The translations under genes were made by a program, and so were the position numbers. From Pseudomonas phage BRkr: a DNA stretch of 64,000 nucleotides. Position 1 is the stretch's first letter, and every line of letters begins with the position of its first letter. Of the stretch, positions 26,905 through 34,254 are shown one piece after another. Below the pieces are notes generated by a model. That model saw nothing but the letters and a program-made list of their open reading frames with translations, was not told where the DNA came from and ran no database searches. The stretch lies in the sequence record LC765218.1; one strand, given 5' to 3'.

Positions 26905-28752
26905 TTAAATTCCAAGACGATAGAACTTGTCTGTAATTGTATTATTACTGGCTCCAGTTAGACCACCGCCAACATATGCTGTGCCATTAATAAATCCACC
27001 ATAGCCATCATTCACACCGTTTGGTAGTTCTGGTAGTTTACGCCAAGTTCTCGATTGGATATTATACGCATTGGCTTTTCTACGTTTGTCTTCGTCAACA
27101 CCGCCAATGTATATAATTTCTTCATCGTTAGTCAGCATTACACCGTAACTGTTAACACCTGGCCCATCGGTAGTCGGTAGAGACTCCCATGCAAATGTAT
27201 TCATATTCATTCGATCAAATCGACCGGATTGCGAACCATTTACAAATCCACCATAGACATACATGTACTCGCCGACAACAACCGCTCTATGTGAAGATCG
27301 TTGGATACCACCTTGCGCGACTCGTTTTGACCACATGTTAGATGCAATATCGTAGACGAACAACGCGTCAGATTCATTATTCCCGCCAAGCAAATAGAGC
27401 TTACCATTATAATGAACCATCGTAGCTTGTGTTCTAAATACTGGATTAGATGAACCCGGAGAAGCGGGTGTAATAGCCGTCCAATCATTGGTCGCTACGT
27501 TATAACGCCAGAAATCCGCTGATTGGTTAGATCCACTGAATAGGTACATATGTGTATCATTTGCAGCTGCACACATATTGGCACGTGCACTCGGACTTAA
27601 ACCAGATCCAGTGAATAGACCGTTCCATGTATTAGTCTCAGGATTATATTTATTAAACGCGCCTCTATATGCACCTGTACTTGTATACCCGCCGAACATA
27701 TACAGTTCATCATCTATTACAACCGCAGTGGAACCTCGACTATCATAAGGTGCGTTTGCCATTACTTCCCATTCAGTTTTACTTGGAGGGATAGGAATAG
27801 TGAATTTATAGATAGCTGCTTTCGTTCTTTCAGGGGTGTTAAAAAGGGCATCATCGATAACAATGTCCGAACCACCGATCAGATACAGATCGCCATTCGA
27901 TGGATTTAATGCGACTGATGTCCCATGGACCTCACCAATATTCGTCTCAGTAACAACAAATTGTTTTTCGGCGATATAATAACGAACACAATGAATCTTA
28001 CCATCTTTAACGATAGTGTAGTTAAAAGTCCCGTTCCAGTACTTACCACCTTGATGACCACCGTGGTAGTCTGTAGAGTATGAATGGTACAATGTCCATG
28101 TATTAATAGCACCGGTGTATTTATAAACATCTTGGTTAACAACCCAACTGCCAGAGATGTTCTTCCATCCACCCATCACATAGAAATTCCCTTTATGGCA
28201 GAATGCATACGCTCCAGATAGAATAACAGGGCACCGGGCACTCATTACTTCTCGAACGTTATTCGATAGTCTATAGCGAATCAAAAGATCTGTTGCATGT
28301 TCCAGTACCCAAATAAATTCACCGCCATCCCAATCGCCGATACTGTTATAAGTGGATGTATTCATCAACTGATTACTAATAAGATTATCATTAGGTACAG
28401 TTGGATTGATCATCGTGATGACGTTTTGTGTCCAAGAAGCGCCACGACGCCCACCGAACATGTAAAGTCTATCGGATGTTGGAACAAATACACCCGCCGT
28501 ATGACAAAGTGAATAACTATTTTGGACAGCTGTTTTACTGATTTGAGTACCAGTGCTATCAAAAATTCTGATGTTATTATCAGTTGTACTTCTTGATGGG
28601 GCACCACTATTAATATTTAATAAACCATTTCTGAAATAGGGTACCGATCCAACCAATCCAACATCCAGTTGTCCAAACAATGTTGGTTGGTTATACGGTA
28701 TCATTTCCACTGGCTTAGCTTGCCCAGCAGCTGATAACAATAATTCAAACAT
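26905..28752 (-). CDS. Kelch-repeat beta-propeller protein, 615 aa, probably two propellers.
   Basis: N-terminus MFELLLSAAG. At least ten blade motifs (LYMFGG, FYVMGG, LYLIGG, LYMFGG, MYLFSG, LYLLGG, MYVYGG and others). The 45-nt 5' leader is conserved with gene 30471..31478. Confidence 0.75.
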   Translation of the reverse strand: MFELLLSAAGQAKPVEMIPYNQPTLFGQLDVGLVGSVPYFRNGLLNINSGAPSRSTTDNNIRIFDSTGTQISKTAVQNSYSLCHTAGVFVPTSDRLYMFGGRRGASWTQNVITMINPTVPNDNLISNQLMNTSTYNSIGDWDGGEFIWVLEHATDLLIRYRLSNNVREVMSARCPVILSGAYAFCHKGNFYVMGGWKNISGSWVVNQDVYKYTGAINTWTLYHSYSTDYHGGHQGGKYWNGTFNYTIVKDGKIHCVRYYIAEKQFVVTETNIGEVHGTSVALNPSNGDLYLIGGSDIVIDDALFNTPERTKAAIYKFTIPIPPSKTEWEVMANAPYDSRGSTAVVIDDELYMFGGYTSTGAYRGAFNKYNPETNTWNGLFTGSGLSPSARANMCAAANDTHMYLFSGSNQSADFWRYNVATNDWTAITPASPGSSNPVFRTQATMVHYNGKLYLLGGNNESDALFVYDIASNMWSKRVAQGGIQRSSHRAVVVGEYMYVYGGFVNGSQSGRFDRMNMNTFAWESLPTTDGPGVNSYGVMLTNDEEIIYIGGVDEDKRRKANAYNIQSRTWRKLPELPNGVNDGYGGFINGTAYVGGGLTGASNNTITDKFYRLGI

Positions 28753-28820
28753 GAGTATGCTCTCAAGTAAACCATTTAGTTCATAAGATAATCAGTTTGA
28801 ATAAGTTGTAGGATGTATTG

Positions 28821-29477
28821 CTATTTCGTTATGGTTAACTCAACTTTTAAATACGCTCCGGGACTTGGAGGGTCATTAGGTTCAATAACCCGGAACGTTA
28901 TCGTATCCCCATATTTTTCTTTAATAGCCGATTCGAACGCATATATCGAAACATATTTATTATCTACAAAAATGTCGAAGGTTAGAACTGGTGGAATTGT
29001 CCTATATTCAGGGCTGGCCGGTGCCATATTTTCAGTTAAATAGATTAATGCTTCAGTTACACGTGTATCAATTTGGTATAGTAAATCATCTAACATTTCT
29101 ATATTGGTTAATCGTCCAACATTTCTATCATCCTTAATTATTTTATCGGCCAACTGTTTAGGTACAGGTGATAAAATAACATGTTTTCCTTTATATGCTT
29201 CAGCATGAGGTAATGGATCTTCTATTAAAAATACATTAATAAATCCAAATCCATCATACTCAATATCGTGTGTAGATGTATTTATGCCTAGTGACAGTAC
29301 TCCCTCACGTAACATATAGCCTTTAGCTAACACCTCATATGAATCAAGTGTTCTATGATATTTTGATCCATCTTCTATATGAGGACCACCATGGGTTCTA
29401 TGTCCTACAGCATTTATAACCTTAACTTCCATAAGGTTACTGTCATCTAAAAACAGGCCTTTTGATCTATTCAACAT
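28821..29477 (-). CDS. Hypothetical protein, 218 aa, with a GHRTHGGPH motif. Possibly a metal-dependent hydrolase.
   Basis: Long minus-strand ORF between a Kelch gene and a tRNA fragment. Confidence 0.55.
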   Translation of the reverse strand: MLNRSKGLFLDDSNLMEVKVINAVGHRTHGGPHIEDGSKYHRTLDSYEVLAKGYMLREGVLSLGINTSTHDIEYDGFGFINVFLIEDPLPHAEAYKGKHVILSPVPKQLADKIIKDDRNVGRLTNIEMLDDLLYQIDTRVTEALIYLTENMAPASPEYRTIPPVLTFDIFVDNKYVSIYAFESAIKEKYGDTITFRVIEPNDPPSPGAYLKVELTITK

Positions 29478-29526
29478 TTTCAGTATCTCCTATAACTCCG
29501 ATATTGGAGTATAACATCACGGCATA

Positions 29527-29551
29527 AAAGAGTAGCCAATGGCTACTCTTT
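29527..29551 (-). terminator. Hairpin AAAGAGTAGCC-AAT-GGCTACTCTTT directly downstream of the tRNA 3' fragment. It is a duplicate of the 30214-30237 hairpin.
   Basis: 11-bp stem. A paralogous tRNA-plus-hairpin module. Confidence 0.5.
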
Positions 29552-29557
29552 TGAATT

Positions 29558-29590
29558 TGGCTCCGCGACCTGGACTCGAACCAGGGACCC
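29558..29590 (-). tRNA. A 3' tRNA fragment (variable loop, T-arm, acceptor 3' strand and GCCA). It pairs with the 5' fragment at 30341-30374.
   Basis: The reverse complement reads GGGTC-CCTGG-TTCGAGT-CCAGG-TCGCGGA-G-CCA. The acceptor 3' strand TCGCGGA is perfectly complementary to TCCGCGA at the start of the 5' fragment. Confidence 0.5.
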
Positions 29591-29603
29591 AGTATATTTT
29601 TTT

Positions 29604-30161
29604 TTATTGTGTGGGGACCAAGGTGCTAATACCCCCATTAGCACCGACCCTAATAAACCTAGCCGGAATATTGATCTTGTATGCTCGGCACCATTTACGA
29701 ATAGCGTTATCGGATACTCCATACTTCTCTCCTATTTTTACAAGTGATAGCAATGTAACATCGAGGGCAAGTTGTTCTTTGGATGGTCGATCCACCTTAC
29801 GACGACCTTTGGCTGAACACTCGGGGCTACAGAATGTTATCAGTCGGTGACTAATGACAATACCACAGCCAGCACAAAGCTTAGTTGGATAGTTCCTAGG
29901 ATCAATACCGAGCCGTTTCATCCAACCATGTAACTTCATGTGTTGTGACTGAGGGAGAATCAATAAGTTCTCTGGATGGTTGTTAAGCTTATTCTCATCC
30001 AGATGATGAACTTCCTCGTCATCGTAAAGTGGTCTACCTAATGTGTCTTCTCCAACCACTCGATGTTCGTAAACCCATCCAAACATTTTAGGGTTAGCTA
30101 TGGCTTGACGATGTTCGGGTAAATATAATGCCCTATAGCCGTTAATTATTTTCTCTTTCAT
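29604..30161 (-). CDS. HNH homing endonuclease, 185 aa, paralog of 21337..21900. It lies between the two halves of a split tRNA gene.
   Basis: HNH motif EVHHLDENKLNNHPENLLILPQSQHMKLH, a Cys cluster, and a basic C-terminal tail. Confidence 0.8.
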   Translation of the reverse strand: MKEKIINGYRALYLPEHRQAIANPKMFGWVYEHRVVGEDTLGRPLYDDEEVHHLDENKLNNHPENLLILPQSQHMKLHGWMKRLGIDPRNYPTKLCAGCGIVISHRLITFCSPECSAKGRRKVDRPSKEQLALDVTLLSLVKIGEKYGVSDNAIRKWCRAYKINIPARFIRVGANGGISTLVPTQ

Positions 30162-30213
30162 ATCGAACCTAGGATATATAAATAGATCGCTAGTTCGATC
30201 TATGTGACGGAAT

Positions 30214-30237
30214 AAAGAGTAGCCGGAGCTACTCTTT
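30214..30237 (-). terminator. Hairpin AAAGAGTAGC-CGGA-GCTACTCTTT directly downstream of the GTT tRNA.
   Basis: 10-bp stem. Homologous to 29527-29551. Confidence 0.5.
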
Positions 30238-30242
30238 GAAAT

Positions 30243-30329
30243 TGGCTGGTAAGGTAGGATTCGAACCTACGATGGGCTTTCGCCAACGGATTAACAGTCC
30301 GCCCCCTGCTACCGCTCGGGTACTTACCA
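30243..30329 (-). tRNA. Atypical tRNA, 87 nt. It has a long Ser-like variable arm but anticodon GTT, which would read Asn codons.
   Basis: Acceptor TGGTAAG/CTTACCA (7/7), D-arm CCC-GAGCGGTAGCA-GGG, anticodon stem-loop GCGGA-CTGTTAA-TCCGT, variable arm TGGCGAAAGCCCATC, T-arm GTAGG-TTCGAAT-CCTAC, and a GCCA end. Confidence 0.6.
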
Positions 30330-30340
30330 AGAAAACTATC

Positions 30341-30374
30341 CAGTCGCTTGCTCTACCGACTGAGCTATCGCGGA
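30341..30374 (-). tRNA. A 5' tRNA fragment (acceptor 5' strand, D-arm and anticodon 5' stem). It pairs with the 3' fragment at 29558-29590.
   Basis: The reverse complement reads TCCGCGA-TA-GCTC-AGTCGGTA-GAGC-A-AGCGA-CTG. No matching anticodon 3' stem (TCGCT) occurs anywhere between the fragments. Confidence 0.5.
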
Positions 30375-30470
30375 AGAATTATTAACAACTTCTTTCTTGT
30401 AGAAAAATCACAAGTAACTGAATTACAGTATTTCACTACATATTATTACAATCTGAGTTAGATAGTTATT

Positions 30471-31478
30471 TTAATCAATGGCTAATGGTGCTAGTTTTAC
30501 CTGATAGATACCTGATAACAATTGGCTTTTTAACATATATGCTCCACCACCAACTGGCATTTTAGATCCACCTGCAATGATCATGCTATTATCTGGTCCT
30601 TTGGCTATAGATGAAATATTAAGGAATCCAATACCTAGTTCAAATGGTTCAGCCCATTTCCGGCGCCTAATATTAAAACGCTGTGCAAACATTTTAGTTA
30701 CACCGCCGACATCAACTGCATTAAGGTAATTAAAATATTCCCCATCTACATAACCATTACCTTGCCATATTGTTGCTTTGTCAGCAGGTATTATTAGCCA
30801 TGGTGTTAGTTCCCATACAAGTGTAGTAACATTGTATCTATAGACTTCTAAGTTTGGTATGTTCTTAGTATTATCCCAGCCACCAAAATGGTAGAAATAA
30901 CCATTATAATAAAATAATTGTTGACCTGACCTAGGTCCACCGCTATAGTCTTGACCGCCGAGCCAGTTCTTAGTCGATGGTTTTAATCGCATGGCGTTTG
31001 TACCAACTGGATTAACACACATAATAAGATCATTGCCATCAGACGCTGACGCAGTTCCCCATAATGCACCAGGACCACTATAACGCTCAACGCGACTACC
31101 TGTGCTTATATCAAAATGTTGTATAAAGTTAGAAGTACCTGTACCCCCATCACCTGCTGCGTTCCATCCAGTAATACCACCATAAACAATAAAGTTATTT
31201 TTATGTAATGTACCAAATCCAAGTGATACACCCGGTAAAAATGTACCAGATGCTGTTGCGCTTATCTCTGTAAATGGGTTTATAGTGAACCGTCTGAAAA
31301 CAGTTGCTGCTGATTGTCCTTCCGTATGATGTCCGGATCCAACATATAACGTATTTCCATCTACGTACGACATCGTACCTGCCAATGCTACCGGTAGGTC
31401 ACCTAATTTTATAATTTCACTAAATCCAACCAAGGGTGTTTCATCGCCTAAACCTGATGATAATAGTAATTCAAACAT
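30471..31478 (-). CDS. Kelch-repeat beta-propeller protein, 335 aa.
   Basis: N-terminus MFELLLSSGLG. Blade motifs LYVGSG, FIVYGG, FYHFGG. The 5' leader is conserved with gene 26905..28752. Confidence 0.75.
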   Translation of the reverse strand: MFELLLSSGLGDETPLVGFSEIIKLGDLPVALAGTMSYVDGNTLYVGSGHHTEGQSAATVFRRFTINPFTEISATASGTFLPGVSLGFGTLHKNNFIVYGGITGWNAAGDGGTGTSNFIQHFDISTGSRVERYSGPGALWGTASASDGNDLIMCVNPVGTNAMRLKPSTKNWLGGQDYSGGPRSGQQLFYYNGYFYHFGGWDNTKNIPNLEVYRYNVTTLVWELTPWLIIPADKATIWQGNGYVDGEYFNYLNAVDVGGVTKMFAQRFNIRRRKWAEPFELGIGFLNISSIAKGPDNSMIIAGGSKMPVGGGAYMLKSQLLSGIYQVKLAPLAID

Positions 31479-31560
31479 GAGTGTGCTCTCAAGTAAATCA
31501 TTTTAGATCATAGGATAACCTTTGCGGCTCAGATATTTATTTTATTATAATAGACAGCAT

Positions 31561-31596
31561 AATGCCTCCCTTAAATAGGGGAGGCATTATGCTTTA
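31561..31596 (-). terminator. Hairpin AATGCCTCCC-TTAAATA-GGGAGGCATT downstream of tRNA-Met.
   Basis: 10-bp stem plus a T-rich tail on the minus strand. Confidence 0.5.
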
Positions 31597-31602
31597 TTAA
31601 TT

Positions 31603-31679
31603 TGGTGGGTCCAGCAGGACTTGAACCTGCGACCAAGCGATTATGAGTCGCCTGCTCTAACCAACTGAGCTATAGACCC
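31603..31679 (-). tRNA. tRNA-Met with anticodon CAT, 77 nt, elongator-type. It could instead be Ile2 if lysidinylated.
   Basis: Acceptor GGGTCTA/TGGACCC with a 1-72 base pair, anticodon stem-loop GGCGA-CTCATAA-TCGCT, T-arm GCAGG-TTCAAGT-CCTGC, and an ACCA end. Confidence 0.8.
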
Positions 31680-31723
31680 TAATTCATTATCTACATATTA
31701 GTATACATAGGGCTCTTATGACA

Positions 31724-32071
31724 TCATGGACGGTCAGTCCAGTGCTTGAAATAGTTACCATCATTAGGGCGGCCATGTTTGGTAAGAATATTTTTAAGTT
31801 CTTCGCCAGACAACTTAATTCTATCGCCTACTGGACTATCCAGTTCAGGACAGGGTTCAGTCTTACGTGTGATGATTAGATTGTCAGTTCCATCTTTGAA
31901 GATAAAGATAAACTGAGTTTCATTATCACTAATCTTTTTCTTAACGCAATGTTTTACTTCTGGATGTTTCTTGTGGATAGCTACAAAAGATTCAACAAGA
32001 GTCAGTTTCATAAACTCAGGACTAACAAATGTGAAATATACAGCGTTCTGTGTTGGGGTTAGATGATTCAT
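31724..32071 (-). CDS. Hypothetical protein, 115 aa.
   Basis: Minus-strand ORF abutting 32074..32361. Confidence 0.5.
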   Translation of the reverse strand: MNHLTPTQNAVYFTFVSPEFMKLTLVESFVAIHKKHPEVKHCVKKKISDNETQFIFIFKDGTDNLIITRKTEPCPELDSPVGDRIKLSGEELKNILTKHGRPNDGNYFKHWTDRP

Positions 32072-32073
32072 AT

Positions 32074-32361
32074 TTACTCCGTATGTTTGAGATAGGTTTC
32101 AACTGCTTTAAGACCTTTATTAAAGAACATGGTTTCAACATAAGTAATATTACTTATACTCTCCTCGATAAGTTCCCATTTGATACAACGTGTAATAGCG
32201 TTGATTGTAATATCTAATCCGTTTGGGAATAGGGTTACTTCATCAGTAAGGCGAATCCAATCGGGAGCTTTCGCTCCATTACGTAAGCGGGGACTAAACG
32301 TAAGATTGTAGAGTTTCTGCAATGGTTCTTTTAGTAGCGCTTTTTGTTCTTGGTGTTCCAT
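32074..32361 (-). CDS. Hypothetical protein, 95 aa.
   Basis: Minus-strand ORF in operon packing. Confidence 0.5.
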   Translation of the reverse strand: MEHQEQKALLKEPLQKLYNLTFSPRLRNGAKAPDWIRLTDEVTLFPNGLDITINAITRCIKWELIEESISNITYVETMFFNKGLKAVETYLKHTE

Positions 32362-32370
32362 GCGTTTCTC

Positions 32371-32592
32371 TCAAAGACATTTGAATATAAAAATAGAATA
32401 CTCGTTATGATCAGTAACTTTCAAAACGTTATCCGTTCGTAGTATCTCGTGTCTACGGTATTTGTTTTCCAAAATGTCTAAGTGTGATATGCATTGTTCT
32501 TTATTTTCAAAATGAATGGTCGATTCTTTTGTAGATGTAATTCCAAACCAGCCAACATGTATTGCCAGAACAAACATTGTCGCGATGTTCAT
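32371..32592 (-). CDS. Hypothetical protein, 73 aa. Truncated from the track ORF because its upstream part overlaps tRNA-Pro and a hairpin.
   Basis: Internal Met at MNIATMF. The track's N-terminal extension covers tRNA 32648-32723, so it cannot be coding. Confidence 0.35.
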   Translation of the reverse strand: MNIATMFVLAIHVGWFGITSTKESTIHFENKEQCISHLDILENKYRRHEILRTDNVLKVTDHNEYSIFIFKCL

Positions 32593-32647
32593 GTTTATTA
32601 TCCCGATGCAATATAATACCCTCCATAACGGAGGGCTTATATTTAAA

Positions 32648-32723
32648 TGGTCGGAGTGGAGAGACTCGAACTCCCGACATCCTGCTCCCAAAGCAGGCGC
32701 GCTACCAACTGCGCTACACTCCG
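32648..32723 (-). tRNA. tRNA-Pro with anticodon TGG, 76 nt.
   Basis: Acceptor CGGAGTG/CACTCCG, D-arm GCGC-AGTTGGTA-GCGC, anticodon stem-loop CCTGC-TTTGGGA-GCAGG, T-arm GGGAG-TTCGAGT-CTCTC, and an ACCA end. Confidence 0.8.
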
Positions 32724-32729
32724 TAAATT

Positions 32730-32815
32730 TGGTACCCGGTGTCGGACTCGAACCGACACGGCTTTCGCCGAGAGATTTTAAGTCTCTTGTGTACTACCAA
32801 TTTCACCAACCGGGC
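32730..32815 (-). tRNA. tRNA-Leu with anticodon TAA, 86 nt, type II.
   Basis: Acceptor GCCCGGT/ACCGGGT, anticodon stem-loop AGAGA-CTTAAAA-TCTCT, variable arm CGGCGAAAGCCGTG, T-arm GTCGG-TTCGAGT-CCGAC, and an ACCA end. Confidence 0.8.
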
Positions 32816-33054
32816 ATTTCTTCTCTATAAATAGAGGCTCCTCAGTATTATTCAACATAAAGCCTCCCAGTGGGAGGCGATATGCTCATCAACACAACAA
32901 GGAGAAAGATACAACTTACCAACTGAAAGGAGGGGATCACAACAGGGAGTCTTACTTCCTAGAAGCCAGCTGGAAGGGTTGCTGGCTCCGGCGCGCTGTG
33001 ATCCTAGTAAAGATGAGGAGTGACATCTCTACATATCATTACATAGCTGGTAAG

Positions 33055-33783
33055 TTATTCTTCTTCGCTAACGAAAGCAATACGCTCTTCGATATTTTCC
33101 AGAGTTATTACTTCATCGAAGTTCTCAGTAGAAACACTTGTGAAATTATGTTCTTTATCAATTTGCGCTAGTCCAATCTGCATCACTTTGCGAGCGTCTG
33201 GGCTAAGTCCATCAATACCTGCTGCTTCAATAGCAGCTTTATATCCAGTGAGGGTAGTAAGAGAAGACATGTTCTTTTCCTCTTTTTTGTTTCTTACATG
33301 AATGAAGATTATAGGTCCTTCAGATTTATACATTTCAAAACCTGGAGTTAGGATAATCTCATTATTAATATTTTTAGCTACATAACCACCACGGATAACC
33401 TTGCTGATATAACTGTTCAAACCAGCACCGCCATCAGCGAAGTATTTCATGTCCTGTAGTTGTATTTCAGTGATACTTTTTAGTGTATAAAGATAAAACA
33501 CCTCTCCACCGAATTCTACAAGCATCCAATCAGGACCATATTTGTAACTCTTTACATTAGATCTTCCGGAGCGATTGTAGTAAGTCCACATATCGTCCGT
33601 ATTATTAATAAGCTCAGTTATGGTTGGTGGTTGGATAACGTTATCTGTATCTGGTTCTACCCATACATCGTAAGGACGATCCGCGCGTGGATTGTTAACT
33701 TCATCAAACAACTGATTGATGAGGTCATCCATTTCCGCTTCGAGTGATATCGCGTATCGCAGCAAAAGGTTAATGTTAGGCAT
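33055..33783 (-). CDS. Hypothetical protein, 242 aa. Start reset to MPNINLLLRY.
   Basis: AAAGGTAACAATC-ATG ribosome-binding site. The track's upstream extension overlaps the hairpin at 33810-33839. Confidence 0.55.
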   Translation of the reverse strand: MPNINLLLRYAISLEAEMDDLINQLFDEVNNPRADRPYDVWVEPDTDNVIQPPTITELINNTDDMWTYYNRSGRSNVKSYKYGPDWMLVEFGGEVFYLYTLKSITEIQLQDMKYFADGGAGLNSYISKVIRGGYVAKNINNEIILTPGFEMYKSEGPIIFIHVRNKKEEKNMSSLTTLTGYKAAIEAAGIDGLSPDARKVMQIGLAQIDKEHNFTSVSTENFDEVITLENIEERIAFVSEEE

Positions 33784-33809
33784 GATTGTTACCTTTAGAA
33801 TTGACATAA

Positions 33810-33839
33810 CATAAAGCCCTCCCGAAGGAGAGCTATATG
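33810..33839 (-). terminator. Family hairpin CATAAAGCCCTCC-CGAA-GGAGAGCTATATG. A C-A mismatch on the plus strand becomes a G-U wobble on the minus strand.
   Basis: Strand-specific pairing supports minus-strand function. Lies after gene 33841..34254. Confidence 0.5.
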
Positions 33840-33840
33840 T

Positions 33841-34254
33841 TTACATTACTTCTCGGGTACCATCTACCATTTCAAGAACTGTAATCGTTTTACCGACCTC
33901 TGGTTTCTTGTTAGCAACAGTTTGCACCAGATGTTGCTTTCCATCAGCTTCGATAATCATTTTACACTGGAATGTTTCAGTAGCCCCTATCTCGTTTCCG
34001 ACAGCACCGCCAGCGGCGCCTCCAACGAGACCACCAATCCAGCCGCCTGATTTACCGAAGATAGCTCTACCCAACATTGCACCGCCAACTGCACCTGCTG
34101 TACCGCCAACAGTTGCACCAACGATACTGTTATCTTTAGTAACCAGTTGACACTCAGACTGCTTTACGATACCAGTGGTAGAAGATTTGATCTCCCCTGC
34201 TGCAAATGCAATTAGAGGGAACATTAGAGTTACAGCAAGAGTGATCTTTTTCAT
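33841..34254 (-). CDS. Secreted glycine-zipper protein, 137 aa. Signal peptide followed by a Gly-zipper of the GxxxG type, in the OsmB / 17-kDa-antigen family.
   Basis: N-terminal MKKITLAVTLMFPLIAFAAGE signal peptide. A Gly-rich segment GATVGGTAGAVGGAMLGRAIFGKSGGWIGGLVGGAAGGAVG. Its start overlaps the nrdB stop. Confidence 0.6.
   Translation of the reverse strand: MKKITLAVTLMFPLIAFAAGEIKSSTTGIVKQSECQLVTKDNSIVGATVGGTAGAVGGAMLGRAIFGKSGGWIGGLVGGAAGGAVGNEIGATETFQCKMIIEADGKQHLVQTVANKKPEVGKTITVLEMVDGTREVM

Noticed and set aside
28821-29477. Calling the 218-aa protein a GTP cyclohydrolase, QueD or amidohydrolase on the basis of the GHRTHGGPH motif.
   Set aside because: The motif match is too weak to support a product name.
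29558-30374. Reading the split tRNA as a canonical anticodon-loop group I intron carrying the HNH ORF.
   Set aside because: The anticodon, the 3' anticodon stem (TCGCT) and conserved P/Q/R/S-like cores could not be located between the halves, and a complete second tRNA sits inside. A simple intron cannot be asserted from sequence alone, so it is reported as a split or disrupted tRNA to be tested.
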